DNA from: Hypanus sabinus
Taxonomy: Eukaryota
Length of the DNA: 64,000 bases
Assembly: GCF_030144855.1 (NCBI RefSeq)
Contig: NC_082731.1
Span: 26,846,001-26,910,000 of the forward strand
Direction of reading: 5' to 3'
Below the pieces are notes generated by a model that ran no database searches, was not told the DNA's origin, and saw only the letters and a program-made list of their open reading frames with translations. How positions within the stretch are numbered: the stretch's first letter is position 1; every line of letters starts with the position of its first letter. A program made the translations under genes and the position numbers. Below are positions 12,915 through 26,989 of this stretch, one piece after another.

Positions 12915-14040
12915 AATTGATGAAGAAATAGCAGCAGATGTAGTGTATATGGATTTCAGCAAGGCATTTGATAAGGTACACCATGCACAGCTTTTTGAGA
13001 AAGTAAGCAGGCATTGGATCGAAGGGGACATTGCTTTGTGGATCCAGAACTGGCTTGCCCACAGAAGGCAAAGAGTGGGTGTAGATGGGTTATATTCTAC
13101 ATGGAGGTTGGCGACCAGTGGTGTGCCTCAGGGATCTGTTCTGGGACCCTTACTCTTCATGATTTTTATAAGTGACCTGGATGAGGAAGTGGAGTTATGG
13201 GTTAGTAAGTTTGCTGATGACACAAAGTTTGGAGGTGTTGTGGATAGTGTGGAGGGCTGTCAGAGGTTACAGCAGGATGTTGATAGGATGCAAAACTGGG
13301 CTGAGAAGTGGCAGATGGAGTTCAACCCTGATAAGTGTAAAGTGATTCATTTTGGTAGGTCAAATATGATGGCAGAATATAGTATTAATGGTAAGACTCT
13401 TGGCAGTGTGGAGGATCAGAGGGATCTTGGGGTCCGAGTCCATAGGACACTCAAAGCAGCTGTGCAGGTTGATTAAGATTAAGATTAAGATTAAGATTTT
13501 GTGATTAAGAATTCATATTGTGCATTGGCCTTCATCAATCGTGGAACTGAATTTGGAAGCCGAGAGGTAATGTTGCAGCTATATAGGACTCTGGTCAGAC
13601 CCTACTTGGAGTACTGTGCTCAGTTCTGGTTGCCTCACTACAGGAAGGATGTGGAAGGTTGAGTGAACTCGGCCTTTTCTCCTTGGAGCGACGGAGGATG
13701 AGATGTGACCTGACAGAGGTGTATAAGACGATGAAAGGCATTGATCATGTGGATATTCAAAGGCTTTTTCCCAGGGCTGAAATGGTTGCCACAAGAGGAC
13801 ATGGGTTTAAGGTGCTGGGAAGTAGGTATAGAGGTGATCTTAGGGGCAAGTTTTTTACTCAGAGAGTGGTGAGTGCATGGAATGGGCTGCCAGCAACGGT
13901 GCTGGATGCGGATACGATAAGGTCTTTTAAAAGGCTTTTAGATAGGTACACGGAGCTTAGTAAAATAGAGGGCCATAGGTAGGGACATGTTATGGGCTGA
14001 AGGGCTTGTATTGTGCTGTAGATTTTCTATGTTTCTATTA
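12915..14040 (+). mobile_element. CR1 LINE RT fragment with 3' end; (GATTAA)n insertion at ~13472-13498
   Basis: ORF 12943-13476 has YMDFSKAFDKV, VPQGSVLGPLLF and FADDTK; ORF 13659-13982 is the CR1 C-terminal region. Confidence 0.95.
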
Positions 14041-14645
14041 TATTCTTTCTTCTGCCTCTCTCCTTTCTTGAAGAGTGGAGTAACATTTGCAACTTTCTAG
14101 TCCTCTAGAACCATGCCAGAATCTAGTGAGTCTTGAAAACTCATTGTTAATATCTTCATAATCTCTTCATTTGCCTCTTTCAGAAATCCATCTGGTTCTG
14201 GCAGCTTATTTACCTTCAGACCTTTCAGCTTCTCAAGCACCTTTTCCCTTATGCCCCATTATACCTCTGGCAAACTGCTAGTGTGTTCTACAGTGAAGAC
14301 TGATAGCAAATATTTATTCATTTCTTCTGTCATTTCCTTATCCCTCATTACTATGTCTCCAGTGTTATTTTCCAGCATTCTGCTGTCTACTCACCTCACT
14401 TTCACACTTTCAATATCTGAGAACTCTTTTGGTATCTCCTTTGGTATTATCGGCTTACCATCATATATCAAATTTTCTGTCCTTATGGCTTTTTTATTTG
14501 CCTTCTGCTGGTTTTTAAAGCATCCCAATACTCTAGCTCCCCACTTGTTGTTACTCTCTTATATGCTCTTTCTTTTGCTTTCATGTTGGCTTTGACTTCC
14601 CTTAGCAGCCATGGGAATGTCATCCTGCCTTCAGAATACTTGTCA
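14040..14645 (-). mobile_element. CR1 LINE ORF2 linker fragment
   Basis: Reverse complement resembles 22430-22950. Confidence 0.6.
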
Positions 14646-14749
14646 TTGCTCCTCTGCCATAATCTCTGTTAGTGTCCCCTTCCATTCATCGTTGGCTAGC
14701 TCCTCTCTCATGAGTCTGTAATTCCCTTTACCCCAGTGAAATACTCCAC

Positions 14750-17700
14750 TGGGGCAGGAGCTGACTGTACTCAGGATCATCCGGGAGGCTGAAGACATTT
14801 TTGATGAGACTATTGGAGAGGTGGTCACACCCAGAGTACGGGCTTCACACAGTAGATGGGTGACCACCAGGCAAGATGGGGGATTCAGCAGTCATTGCAA
14901 GGTTCCCCTGTGGCAGTTGGCCTCAGCAACAAGAATACACCTCAATGGATATTGCTGTGGGGGATGGCCCATCAGGGCACAGAGGCAGCACCCAGGCTAG
15001 TTGCACTGTGGCCGGCTCTGAGGCCTGGCAGAGAAGGGTAAATTCAGGCAGTATGAAAGTGATGAGGGATCTGACAGTAAAGGGGACAGAGAAGAGAGTC
15101 TGTGGCAGCAAAAGCAACAAAAGGGTGGTGTGTTCCCTTCCAAATGCTAGGGTCCAGGATGTAAGAGAGATGGCAGGATATTCCCAGAGGGGAGGGTGAA
15201 CAGCCAGAGGTTATGATCCATATGAAACATTGGCAAAAGTTATTATTTAGGGTTAGGAAAGAGGCTGAAGAGATGGACCTCCAAGATAGTAATCTCCAGA
15301 TTACTCCTGATGTACGGACTAGTGCAGATAGGAATGAGATGATAGCACAGATGAATGAGTGACTGAGGAGTTGGTGCAGGGGACAGGGTTTAAAGTTCTT
15401 GGATCATTGGGACCTTTTCTTGGGAAAGCCTGACCTGAATAAGAGAGACAGGTTCCACCTGAACTGGAGGGGAATGAATATCCTGGCCAGGACGTTTTCT
15501 AATGCTATCTGGGAGGGTTCACAGTGTCTGGAAACTGAGCACCAGTTCAGTATCTGAAGTATTGCACAAGAAGGTAGATGGCAGGGGAAGTATTGTTATG
15601 CAAAATTAAAATAATCTTGGTATGATGAGACACATTTTGAAGTGATTGTGTTTTAATGCGAGGAGTATTATGGGTAAAGGAGATGAACCTTGAGCATGGA
15701 TCAGGACATGGAACTATGATGTGGCCAATACAGAGACTTGGTTGAGAGAGAGGCAGGAATGGGTGATTAATGTACCAGCTTTTCAAAGTTATAGAAAAAA
15801 TAGGGAAAGAGGTAAAGGGGGGGGGGGGGGGGGGGGAGTTTGCCACTAAGGGACAATATCACAGCTGCACTGAGGGGAAACATAATGGAGGATTCAGAAA
15901 CTGTGTCCATTTGGGTGGAACTCAAGAATAGGATAGGTGCAATCACAAGACGGTCAGACAAGAGGAGGAGCTGTACTGGTCCTGGAGTTGTGTAATGAGC
16001 CTGGCTAGGTGTTCAATCTCTCAGTGGATAAGCAGTTAGAGAACAATGAACACAACCCCTTAAAGTTAAGGATAGCTATAGATAAGGACAGGTATTGTTA
16101 TTGCAGGAGATTCTTAAATTGGATAAAGGCAAATTATGAGAGCATCAGGCAGAACAAAGAAGAGCTATTTGGGAAAACCTTTTTACTGGCAAGTCCACAT
16201 CAGATGTGTGGAGGGTGTTTAATGATCAATTGCACAGAGTACTTTAAATGTATGTTCTGTTAGAAGGAAAGACAGAGATGGAAAGATAAGAGAACTTTGG
16301 ATGTCATGAGAGGGGATGAATTTTGTCAAGAAGAAAAGGGAAAAACATTTAGCTTCAAAAGTTTGGATCAAACTAAACACATGAGAAGTATAAGGAAACC
16401 AGAAATGAACAAAATAAAGGAATTAGGAAAGCTAGAAGGGGCCAGGAAAAGCCGAATCCCAAGGTATTCTACACATATATCAAGAACAAGAGGATAACTA
16501 GGGAGAACACAAAGTACACTGCAGATGCTGGGGCCAAAGCAACATGTACAACATGCTGGAGGAACTCAGCAGGTCGGGCAGCATCCGTGGAAATGAGCAG
16601 TCAACGTTTCGGGCTGAGGCCCTTCGTCACAATTGAAGAGGTAGGGGGCAGGTGCCCTAGAAAGAAGGTAGGGGGAGGGAGGGAAGGAGGAGGTTGGAAG
16701 GTGCCAGGTCAAAAACCAGTAAGAAACTGGGATGGGGGAAGGGAGAGGGCGGGAATTACCGGAAGTTGGAGAATTTAATATTCATGCCAAGGGGCTCCAC
16801 CACTAAGCACATCTTTCTCTCTCTCTCTACCTCTCTCCGCTTTCCACAGGGATCATTCCCTCCACGACTGCCTTATCCCTGCAAGCGTAAGTGCTACACC
16901 TGTCCCTACACCTCCTCTCTTACCACCATTCAGGGCCCCAAATAGTACTTCCAGGTGAGGCAACACTTCACTTGTGAGTCTGTTGGGGTCATCTATTGCA
17001 TCCAGTGCTCTCGGTGTGGCCTCCTCTACATCGGCGAGACCCGACGCAGATTGAGGGACCGCTTCATTGAGCACCTCCATTCTGTCCACCACAACAGACA
17101 GGATCACCCGGTTGCCACCCACTTCAACTCTGCTTCACATTCCCATTCAGATATGTCCATACATGGCCTCCTCTACTGCCATGATGAGGCCAAACTCAGG
17201 TTGGAGGAGCAACACTTCATATACCATCCGGGTAGTCTCCAGCCCTTTGGCATGAACATTGAATTCTCCAACTTCTGGTAATTCCCTCCCCCTCCCTTCC
17301 CCCATCCCAGTTTCTTACTGGTTTTTCACCTGGCATCTACCAGCCTTCTCCTTCCCACCCTCCCCCCATCTTCTTTATAGGGCACCTGCCCCCTCCCTCT
17401 TCAGTCATAATGAAGGGTCTCAGCCCGAAACGTTGACTGCTCATTTCTACCGATGCCACCCGACCTGCTGAGTTCCTCTAGCGTGTTGTACATGTAACTA
17501 GGGAGAAGGTAGGGAGACTCAAGGATAAAGAGGGGAACATTTGCTTGGATGTGGAGAAGGTGAGTGAGGTACTTAATGAGTACTTTGCTTCAGTATTTCT
17601 GAGAGAAAATGACATGGAGGGCCAGGAGATCAGAGCTGAGTGAATAGGTATGTTATGGCATTTAGATATTAAGGAGAAGGAAGTGTTGTACATACCAATG

Positions 17701-19260
17701 AGTATTAAAGTGGATAAGTCCCCATGGCCTGATGGGATTTACACCAGGTTATTGAGTAAGATTGTTCGGCCCTTAACCGGTATCTTTGATTCCTCTCGAG
17801 GCACAGGCAATTCCTCTCTGATGACTGGCAATTAGCTAATATTGTGCCTTTATTTAAGAAGGGAACAATGGAAAATCCCTGGAACTATGGAACAGGGAGT
17901 CTCACATCAGTTGTCGGGAAATATCTGGAGAAAATTCTTAGGGATAGGATATATGAGCATGTGGAAACCCATGGCCTAACTAGGGAAAACCAGTATGGCT
18001 TTGTGCAGGGCAGGTTGTGCCTTACCAAATTGATTGAGTTTTTTGGCAAGGTGACAAGACTGACAGATCAAGTTAGTGCAGTGAATGTTGTCCACATGGG
18101 TTTTAGTAAGGCGTTTGACAAAATCTCTCCTGGGAGACTAATCCAGAAGATTAGGATGCAAGGGGTCCATGGCAAATTGGATGTTTCAATTCAGAAGTAG
18201 CTTACATAGAGAAGAGTGAGGGTAGTGGTCAAAAGGACGTATCCGAGCTCCATGTCTGTAACTTGAGGTGTTTTGCAGGGATCTGTGCTGGTACTTCCAT
18301 TGTTTCTGATGTACAGTATATAAATGACCCGGATAAAAATGTAAATGGGTTGGTTAGTAAGTTTGCAGATGATGCCAAAACTCGTGGAGTTGTTGATAGT
18401 GTAGAAGACTGGCAAAGAATAGAGCATGATATAGATATGGGCAGAGAAATCAAAGATTGAGTTTAACCCAGATAAATGTGAGGTGTTGCACCTTGGTAGG
18501 GCAAATGCAGGGAGACAGTACACTGTGAAGGCCAAGACCCTTAATAGTGCTGCTGAGCAGAGAGATTTTAGGGTGCAAGTTCATAACTCCTTGAAAGCTG
18601 CTACACACGTGGATAGGGTGGTTAAGGATGCTTATGGAATGCTTGCTTTTATTAGTCGAGGCATTGAGTTCAATAGTCAAGGGGTTATGTTGTAATTTTA
18701 TGGAATTCTGTTTAGGTCACATCTGGATGAATGGACACATTTCTGGTCACCCCACTATAGGAAGTATATTGAGGCTTTGGAGAGGGTACAAAAGAGGTGT
18801 AACAGATTGCGGTCTGGTATTGAGTGAATGTACTATCATGAAAGGCTAAACAAACTTATGTTGTTTTCTTTGAAGTTGTGGAGGTTTACAAGATTATGAG
18901 ATGTGTACGTAGAGTTGACAGAGTATCTTTTTCCCAGGGTGGAAATGTCTAACACTGGACAGCATGCATTGAAAGTGAGAGAGGAAGGTTCAAAGGGGAT
19001 GTAAGCGTTAGGTTTTATAATCAGAGAGTGGAGGATGCCTGGAATGCACTGCCTGGTACGGTGGTGGAGGCAGATACATTAGATACTTGTACAACTTTAG
19101 GATAGGGACATGAATATGAGGAAAATAGATGGATATGGACATTGTATAGGTAGGAGGGATTAGTTTTAGGGGATTTTTGATATACATTTTAGCTGGTTCA
19201 GCACAACATTGTGGGTTGAAGGGTCTGTTCCTGTCTTGTACTGTTCAATGTTCTGATAAT
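14750..19260 (+). mobile_element. Near full-length decayed CR1 LINE (ORF1 esterase-like, endonuclease, RT, 3'UTR), interrupted by a Penelope-like insertion
   Basis: ORF1-like VMRDLTVKGTEKRVCG...VCSLPNARVQDV (14876-15199); RT segment LTSVVGKYLE...FSKAFDK (17844-18200); KFADDAK (18263-18460). Confidence 0.85.
16508..17494 (+). mobile_element. Penelope-like element fragment with GIY-YIG endonuclease, inverted terminal duplication and 13-bp target-site duplication
   Basis: ORF 16955-17281 has VIYCIQCSRCGLLYIGET...RF.EH (PLE GIY-YIG). ~16540-16797 is the reverse complement of ~17240-17494. TAACTAGGGAGAA occurs at 16495-16507 and 17495-17507. Confidence 0.92.
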
Positions 19261-20030
19261 CTGATTTTAGCTTCTCCCTTTCAAATTGCGGCATGAATGC
19301 TATCATAATTTGATAACTGGCTCCTAAGCGTTCCTTTACCATGAGCTCCCAAATCAAATCTGGTTCATTACACAACACACAATCCAGAATATTTGATCAC
19401 CTAGTGTGCTCGAGCACAAGCTGTTATAAAAATCCATTTCATAGGTATTCCACAAATTCTCTCTCTTGGAATCCAAATTCAGCAACAAACCTGATTTTCC
19501 CAATCAATGACTATCATAACTTTGCTCTTTTGACACAGTAATTTGTAGTCCACATCTTGGCTGCTGTTCGTAAATCTGTACATAACTCCCTTCAGGATGT
19601 TTTTACCTTTGCAGTTCCTTAACACTACCCACAGTGTTTCTACATCTTCCATGCCACTCCCTCTGCCTACTTACCTATCCTTTTGATATCCTTGGATGTT
19701 AAGCTCCCAACTATAATCTTTATCCAGAAATCTGAACTCCAGCCCCCTGTCCAAGTTTCTCAACCATACTTTCATCTGCCAACTCGTTCTACTTTTATCC
19801 TCACAGGCATGTGGCACAGGCAGAAATTCAAAGATTACTGCACGGGAAGTCCTGTTTTCAGCTTTCCAATTGAACTGCAAGGCCCCTCTGTTCCACAACA
19901 CCATCCAGGACCCTATCGTTCACTGTGGAAGTCCTACCTGGTTTAAGTCTCCAAAGTATTACACCTTGCACTTCCCTGAATAGAACTCCATTTGCCACTC
20001 TTCAGTCTACTTATTCAGCTGATCAAGAAT
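19260..20030 (-). mobile_element. CR1 LINE endonuclease-region fragment
   Basis: Reverse complement resembles 21350-22050. Confidence 0.6.
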
Positions 20031-20089
20031 CCACTGTAATTTTGATAACCTTCGCTCTTGACTTTACCATTTATTCTTCAGCAGGCTGC

Positions 20090-22960
20090 AATCATTGTGA
20101 GGGGTCATTTATTGGTGAAACAGAGCAAGGTTTAAAAAGAGCTTGGGTGTTTTCAGGACTTTACAATGGTTTGTGATCAACACAAGATGTCATTCATTGG
20201 TGATGCAGTGTGACGTTTAAAAAGAGCTGAGATGCATTTGGAACTTTTTGTTGGGCTACAATCAGTACGAAAAGTCATTCGAAGGTGACACAGCAAAGGG
20301 CTTAAAAAGTGCCCAGGTTTTTTGGGACTGCAATCATAACAATTTGTTAGGCACTTTGCAAGGATGAATAAAAAGAAGAAAGGTGAAAATGGATTGGCCA
20401 CTGTGTGAGTGAACAGTGTTAGAGTGGTCAGGCTTTGACTAAACAGGCTTCCTTGAATACTGGCATGGGAAAACACAGTTGGATATTCTGAGTAAGTTTA
20501 TTTTTTGTTAGTACACAACACATGCTCTGACAGTAGGTCCAGAATTATAATAATAAGTTTAATGCATTGGAAATAGTCAGAGGGGATGGCCTACAAGGAT
20601 GCAGCCACAGCAATCTGTTCTCTGGCACTGAGTCTGTTCCAATGGCTCAGAAGGGAAGGTGAGGATGTGGAAGAGGATTGCAGCAGTGACAGGGGATTCC
20701 ATAGTCAGAGGAGCAGGCAGCAGATTCCATGGATGTGAAAGAGAGACCCAGATGATGTGTTGCTTCACAGGTGTCAGGGTCAGGGATGTCTCGGATCAGG
20801 TCAGGAGCATTCTAAAGGGGAGAGTGAACAGCTGGAAGACACGGTATATATTGGTAACAACAACCTAGGTAGGAAAATGAGGAGGTCCTGAAGAGTGAAT
20901 ATAGGGAGTTAGATGGAAAGCTGAAGAACTGGACCTCCAGGGTAGTAATCTCTAGATTGTTGCTTGTGAGGGTAAGAATAGGATGCCTTGGCATTTGATT
21001 GTGTGGCAGAAGAATTGGTTCAGGGGCAATGTTTCAGATTTCTGGATTATTGTGATCTCTTCTGAGGAATGTAAGACCTGTACAAAAAGGACAGGTTACA
21101 ACCTGAACCCGAGGGGGACCAATATCTTTGCAGACAGGCTTGATAGAGCTGTTTGGGAGGGTTAAAACTAATTTGGCAGGGGGATGAGAACCAGAGTGAT
21201 AGGGCTGAGGGTGGGGAAGTTGGTATACAACTAGATGTGGTGTGCAGTGAGGCTGAGAGGAAAGGACAGGCAGACAATAGGCAAAATTGAAGTCATGTGA
21301 ATGAGTTAAAGTGTAACAGGGGGCCAAAATCAAAAAGAGTGATGAATACAGGACTGAAGGTTTTATATTGGAAAGCACACAGAATATGGAATAAGGTCTT
21401 TTACCGCAGTTAGAGATTGACAGGTATGATGTTCTGAGCATCACTGAGTCGTGGCTGAAAGAACAGCATAGTTGAGAGTTTAACATCCAAAGATACACAT
21501 AGTATCAATAGCATAGGTAGGTAGGCGGAGGGAATGAGGTGGCTCTGTTGATAAAAAATGACATCAAAGCTTTACAAAGAGGTGATATAGTATTGGAAGA
21601 TGTAGTATCATTGTAGGGAGAGTTACGAAACTGCAAGGGTAAAAGGATCCTGATGGGAGTTGTATACAGACCCCTGAACAGTAGCCAGGATGAGGGATAT
21701 AGGAAAATAGTAAAGTCATGTAAAAAGGGAAAAGTTACAAAAGTCATGGAGATTTCAATATGTATATAGATGGGGGAAATGAGGTTGGTGCTGGATCCCA
21801 AGAGAAGAAATTTGTAGAATGCCTATGAGATTGTTTTTTGATCCGCTTGTGGTTGAGTCCAAAAGTGGAGCAGTAATTCTGGTTTGGGTGTAGGGTAATG
21901 AACCAGATTTGATTTGGAAGCTTAAGGGAAAGAACCCCTGAGGAAAAATGATCATAATATAATAAAATTCTCCCTGCAGTTTGAGAAGGAGAAGCTAAAA
22001 CCAGATGTATCAGTATTATAGTGCAGTAAAGGGAATTATAGACACATAAGAGAGGAGCTGATTACAGTTGATTGGAAGGAATCAGTAACAGGGATGATGG
22101 CAGAATTGAAAAGGCTCAAGTTTCTGGGAGAAATGTGAAAGACATAGGAAAGATGCATCCCAAAGATGAAGAAGTATTCCAAACAAAGGATGAAACAACC
22201 ATAACTATGAAAGGAAATCAAAAACAGCACAAAGGAAATGAAAGGGCATATAACATAGCAAAAACCAACAGAAGGCTTGCTAACTAATACGTGCTATATG
22301 TAGCTTGTGCTGTGTATGACTGTTTGTACTGTGTTTTGCTCCTTGGCCCTGGAGAATCACTGCTTTGTTTGTCTGTATTGATGGGCATTTACACCTGGAT
22401 GAATCACAATAGATGAACTTAAACTTGAAAGCAACTACAAAAAAAGACGTAAAGAGAGGACATGAAATATAAAAGTAAGCTAGCCAATAAATTAAAAGAT
22501 ACCAACAGTTTTTTCAGATATATATCAATTAAATGAGAGACCAGAGTGGACATTGGGCCACTGGAGTATTACGTGGGAAAGGTAGCAATGTGGGCAAAGA
22601 AATGACAGGAGATCTTAGAAAATATTTTCTGTCAGTCTTCACTGTGGAACACACCAGCAGAATGCCAGAAATGCAAGAGTGTCGGGGACAGAAGTGAGTG
22701 TCATTTCTAATACTAAGCGGAAGGTGCTTAGGATGCTGAAAAGTCTGAAGGCACTTAAATAAACTGGACTGGATGGTTGACACCTCAGGGCTCTGAAAGA
22801 GGTAGCTGAAGAGATTGTGGAGGCGTCAGCAATGATCTTTCAACAATCACAAGATTCTGAAATGGTTCCAGAGAACTGGAAAATTGCAACTGTCACTCTA
22901 TTCTTCAAGAAGGGACAGAAGCAGAAGAAAGGACATTATAGGCCAGGTTAGACATTATAG
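20090..22960 (+). mobile_element. CR1 LINE 5' half (5'UTR, ORF1 esterase-like, ORF2 endonuclease), decayed
   Basis: ORF 20659-20868 has VTGDSIVRG...CCFTGVRVRDVS (SGNH-esterase-like CR1 ORF1); endonuclease-like sequence from ~21340. Confidence 0.8.
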
Positions 22961-23774
22961 TTAGTGCAGACTCAATGGTTAATAATGGTTAGTACAGACT
23001 CAGTGGTTAATGGTTAGTACAGAAGGCTTGTAAATGTTCCTGGGTTAAACATCAAAAGAGGTAAGTGTGACCCCACTGTAATCTGAAGGGGAATGCAGAA
23101 CTGAATCACCAGTGATTAATGTTCTTTACCAGACACTGCCTGTCTCGCTGTTTTCTGATTTTATTTTCTACGCTCTTGCACATTTTAATAGTAAATGTGA
23201 CTTCCTTGGGACTCAGCCCCCGTTCATCATTAAGAGCTTTTGTGGCTCATTTTTGGATGTGGTCAGTCTGCAATGCAAAATAATTGGAGAATTTTACCCA
23301 AAAGCAGCCACTGGCATTTACAGTGTGGGTTTAATATAGGAAATCATCAGAAGGTGTTTCACTGGAGCATAAATCAGATGTCAGGTCATAGAAGGAGAGG
23401 GGATAGCAGGTGAGGAAGTGTCTGGTCAGAGGAGGAATCTGGAAGCAATGCCTCAGTCCAATTAGATGATGTGCTGAAATGGTTTGCACCACAATTTACT
23501 GACTCACTGAAACGTCTGACACAGAGTGATGGAAGAGTGAAGGGAAGGGAACTGACATCCGTAAGATGGATTTAAATTAAAGAGGAAGAGAAAGAAATGG
23601 ACTGCCGGTTTAAATTCTTTAGAATGAATCTGTGGACTTTGAGGAAGTTCCTCAGACAGAGTAATTGACAGTAGGACTGGACTCCATATAGAGGAGGGTG
23701 AGAGGAAACTCAAGAATAATATTTGAATGAGTGCATGGGAAAACATCAGTAAAGTCCATGTAAATTATTTAATT

Positions 23775-24055
23775 CATTTATTTATTGCACACAGCATGGA
23801 ATAGGTCCTTCTGGCCCTTCGAGCCACACTGCCCAGGAATCCCGATTTAATCCTCGTCTCATCACTGGACAATTTATAGTGAGCAGTTAAATTACCAACT
23901 GGTATGTCTTTGGACTGTGAGAGGAAACCGGAGTACCCGGTGGAAACCCACACATTCTCGGGGAGAAATTACCAAGTCCTCACAGGCAGTGACAGCAACT
24001 GAACCCAGGTCGCCTGCACTGGAAAATATTCTGCTAACCACTACACGACCATGCC
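23775..24055 (-). mobile_element. tRNA-derived SINE (HE1/V-SINE-like) with CR1-type tail
   Basis: Minus strand starts GCATGGTCGTGTAGTGGTTAGC (A box) ... GGGTTCAGT (B box-like); central GAGGAAACCGGAGTACCCGG.GGAAACCCAC on the + strand; LINE-like tail. Confidence 0.7.
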
Positions 24056-25544
24056 TCCCCAAATGCTGGGTTCCCCAGCCTATCTGATGGATTTGTTGAT
24101 CAAAACTTAAACTCGTGTTGGGTCCTGATGTTTTTTCAACCTAAAGTTCTTCAGAAGTCAGAAAGGGCATTAAAACCCATTTCTTTTGACTGGTGATTAC
24201 TGGTAGCAGACATTCCATTCAAATACCATTGCTTAAATTAACCAACAAAATAGTCCCTATTCGAGCAATGTGATACCTGCCACTGAAACTGAGAGTTTCC
24301 AGGAGATACACAGGCAATGGCAACCCACTGAACAATTCCATGTGTATAAGCAATTATTTAAAAACAAACAACATAAGAGAGTTAAGCTACAATGAAAATA
24401 GGGTATAGTCCAATCTAACACCTGAAAGTGCAAAATTTCCAAAATGATAAGGGAGCACCATCCCAGTACCTTCCCTGGGACAGTTATTTTCAGGTATTGT
24501 GAGATCTATTAATTTGTTCTCACCAGAACAGATACATAGTTTAAAGAGACAAATCCAGTTCAGGTGATATTATTTTATTCAAGGTGAACACAAAAATCAA
24601 ATAGCAAGCTACTGGCCCAAGGCTCTTACAGGAGTAAAACCAGACATTTTACTGTCCAGATGTCAGAAAGAAAGGTTTAGTAGATATCTGAACTTGTGGA
24701 CCTCATCGGCTGACAACCTTGCAATGACAATTGGATTACAGATCATTGAATCTCTCTGAATACACAAGTTTGTTATACTTGATCTTCAGGGCCTGAGAGT
24801 TTTCAGGTCAATGATAACCCCAAGCTCAGTGATTCATAGTGACTGTGGTCTGTGTTGCTGCTTCAGTCTAAACTAGATTCACCAGGCAGCCTTCGTTCTC
24901 TTCAATAAACATCAGCTCCAGCATGTCATACTGGGATTCTGCCCACAGATGTAATGTTGACAAAGCAGTCTGTGGCATCTTTTAATTTCTCCTTATTTTC
25001 CACTTTATTGCTGCCAATTCACAATTATCTGATCACCTGAACTAGAGTCGTCAGGCTGGACTTCTGTGCTCAGTTTGAGCAAACACACTTTCAGTTGCCG
25101 GCAGGAGTGTCCCGAACATAAAATGCAGGTGTACATACATTTGAACTGCTCATACCCTTAGCAAAATCAATAAATCAATCAGTTACAGTCAATTATCATT
25201 AGAGTGAGCCTGTTTCTGACACATGGCAAATGCTGTGTAACGAGGAGAGGGTCTTGCTGTCTCTGTGTCTTTTGTCCTTTGGTTTAGATTCATTTTGTCT
25301 CATTCTGTGTAATAAACATGAACCTGTTGGTTAGTGCAAAGCACAAAGTTAGAATTGTATTTCCATATGTAAAACAGTGTGTTTATTCTTGTTAGTAACA
25401 CAGCTGCACTGGGAGGGCCCCCTGCTCAAATTAAACCTGCCTGTGAAACCGGAGAGGAAGTGTAAGGACTGAGTGTTAATGGTATCGCAGAGTTTCAGAC
25501 ATCTGTCCGCTATTAATAACAAATAGTTACTGAGCTTCATGTAA

Positions 25545-26060
25545 ACCTACAACACAGAACAGTACAGCACAGGAACAGGCCCTTCAGCCCACGATGACTG
25601 TGACAACCAGAACACCAAATTAATCTAAACCAAACTATCTGCACAGAATCCATATCCCTCCATATCCTGAATGGTCATGTGCTTTTTCAAATGTATCTCA
25701 ACTGTACTATCATGCTGATTCACCACCACTCCTGCCAGTGCATTCCAGGCACCTATCACTCTCTGTGTAAAAATATACAACCTCCTTTGAATGTTACACC
25801 CCTCACCTTAAAACTCTTTCGGATATGACATTTTACCCTGGAAAAATGATTCTGACAGTCGACCCCATCGATGACTCCCCTACCTTTATAAGCCTCTATC
25901 AGGTTGCCTCTCAGCCTATGGTCCAGAGTAAACAGTCAAAGATTGTTCAACCTCTGTTTACAGATAATATTTTCTAACCCAGGCAACATGCTCGTGAACG
26001 TCCTTTACACCCTCTTCAAAATTTCCACGTCCTTGCAATGGAACAACTAGAACTGAAGGT
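25545..26060 (-). mobile_element. CR1 LINE 3' end
   Basis: Reverse complement of the CR1 3' region seen at 18850-19260. Confidence 0.7.
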
Positions 26061-26989
26061 TCATGAAGTTTCACCCAGGTTAATGCAGGCATGAAAACCT
26101 ATGAAAACATAACTTGGACAAAAAGCAATCTGTACTCTCCTCTTACACAGTCCCATGAAATTCTTCTTGAAGTGACACTGTCTCCTTGATGCTGGAATGT
26201 ACTGGATTTGACTTTTGGGCTCTTTCCTGTGAAAATGGTAACATTTTTTACCTCATTAGTAATATGCGAATGTTTTAGCTGTTACCCTGGATATGAGGGT
26301 CATGAGAAGATTGAAGGGTAGAAATCACAGATAATAAAAATATCTGATAGGCTGGAGGAGAAAGGTGGATCAGTCTTTAGGAGAATAAAATTGTTGTAAA
26401 CAATCATTAATCATCCAATTTGGATTATCTATCCAGAGAGCTGGTAGAATATGGATCTCTCCCACAAAGGTGAAAGTGGAGAAAAGGAACAGAAGGAGAA
26501 CTTAACTCAGTAGCACAAATTGGAGTGACTGGAGGTTCCTGCAGAAAATAAACAATGGCATGAAATAATTAGTCTGAATCTGCTCCTGTGCTATATGTTT
26601 CATTTAAGTCTGTGTCGTACCAGAGTCATGGGAGAGAAACAAAATTTATAATGTTTCTTTCCTTCACTGTGGTCCTCTCCCAATCTCTTTATCTCTTCCT
26701 GGACTTTCTGTTCCCCAAAGCACTCACTGCATTTCCATATCATTTCTCTCTCATTTCCTCTTTCCCCTTTCTGTCACCCCTCTCATCACTTCCTCCCCAT
26801 TTCTTTCTCTCCCACTTCATGTCTCTTATCCTCTTCCTCCTTCACTCTCTCTCTGTATTCCTCTCTTTATTTTCCCTTCACTTTTCTGTCCATCACACAA
26901 TCCCAAACACTTTCTCAGGAACTGTTGTTTCCTAACAGTCAGGTATATCAGATCATCAGACACAACTAGTTTCTGCCTTTATTCCCATC

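Noticed and set aside
11800-14040. Head-to-head CR1 pieces as one 5'-inverted (twin-primed) insertion
   Set aside because: Both pieces cover the same RT region, have their own 3' ends and differ in sequence, so they are independent insertions.
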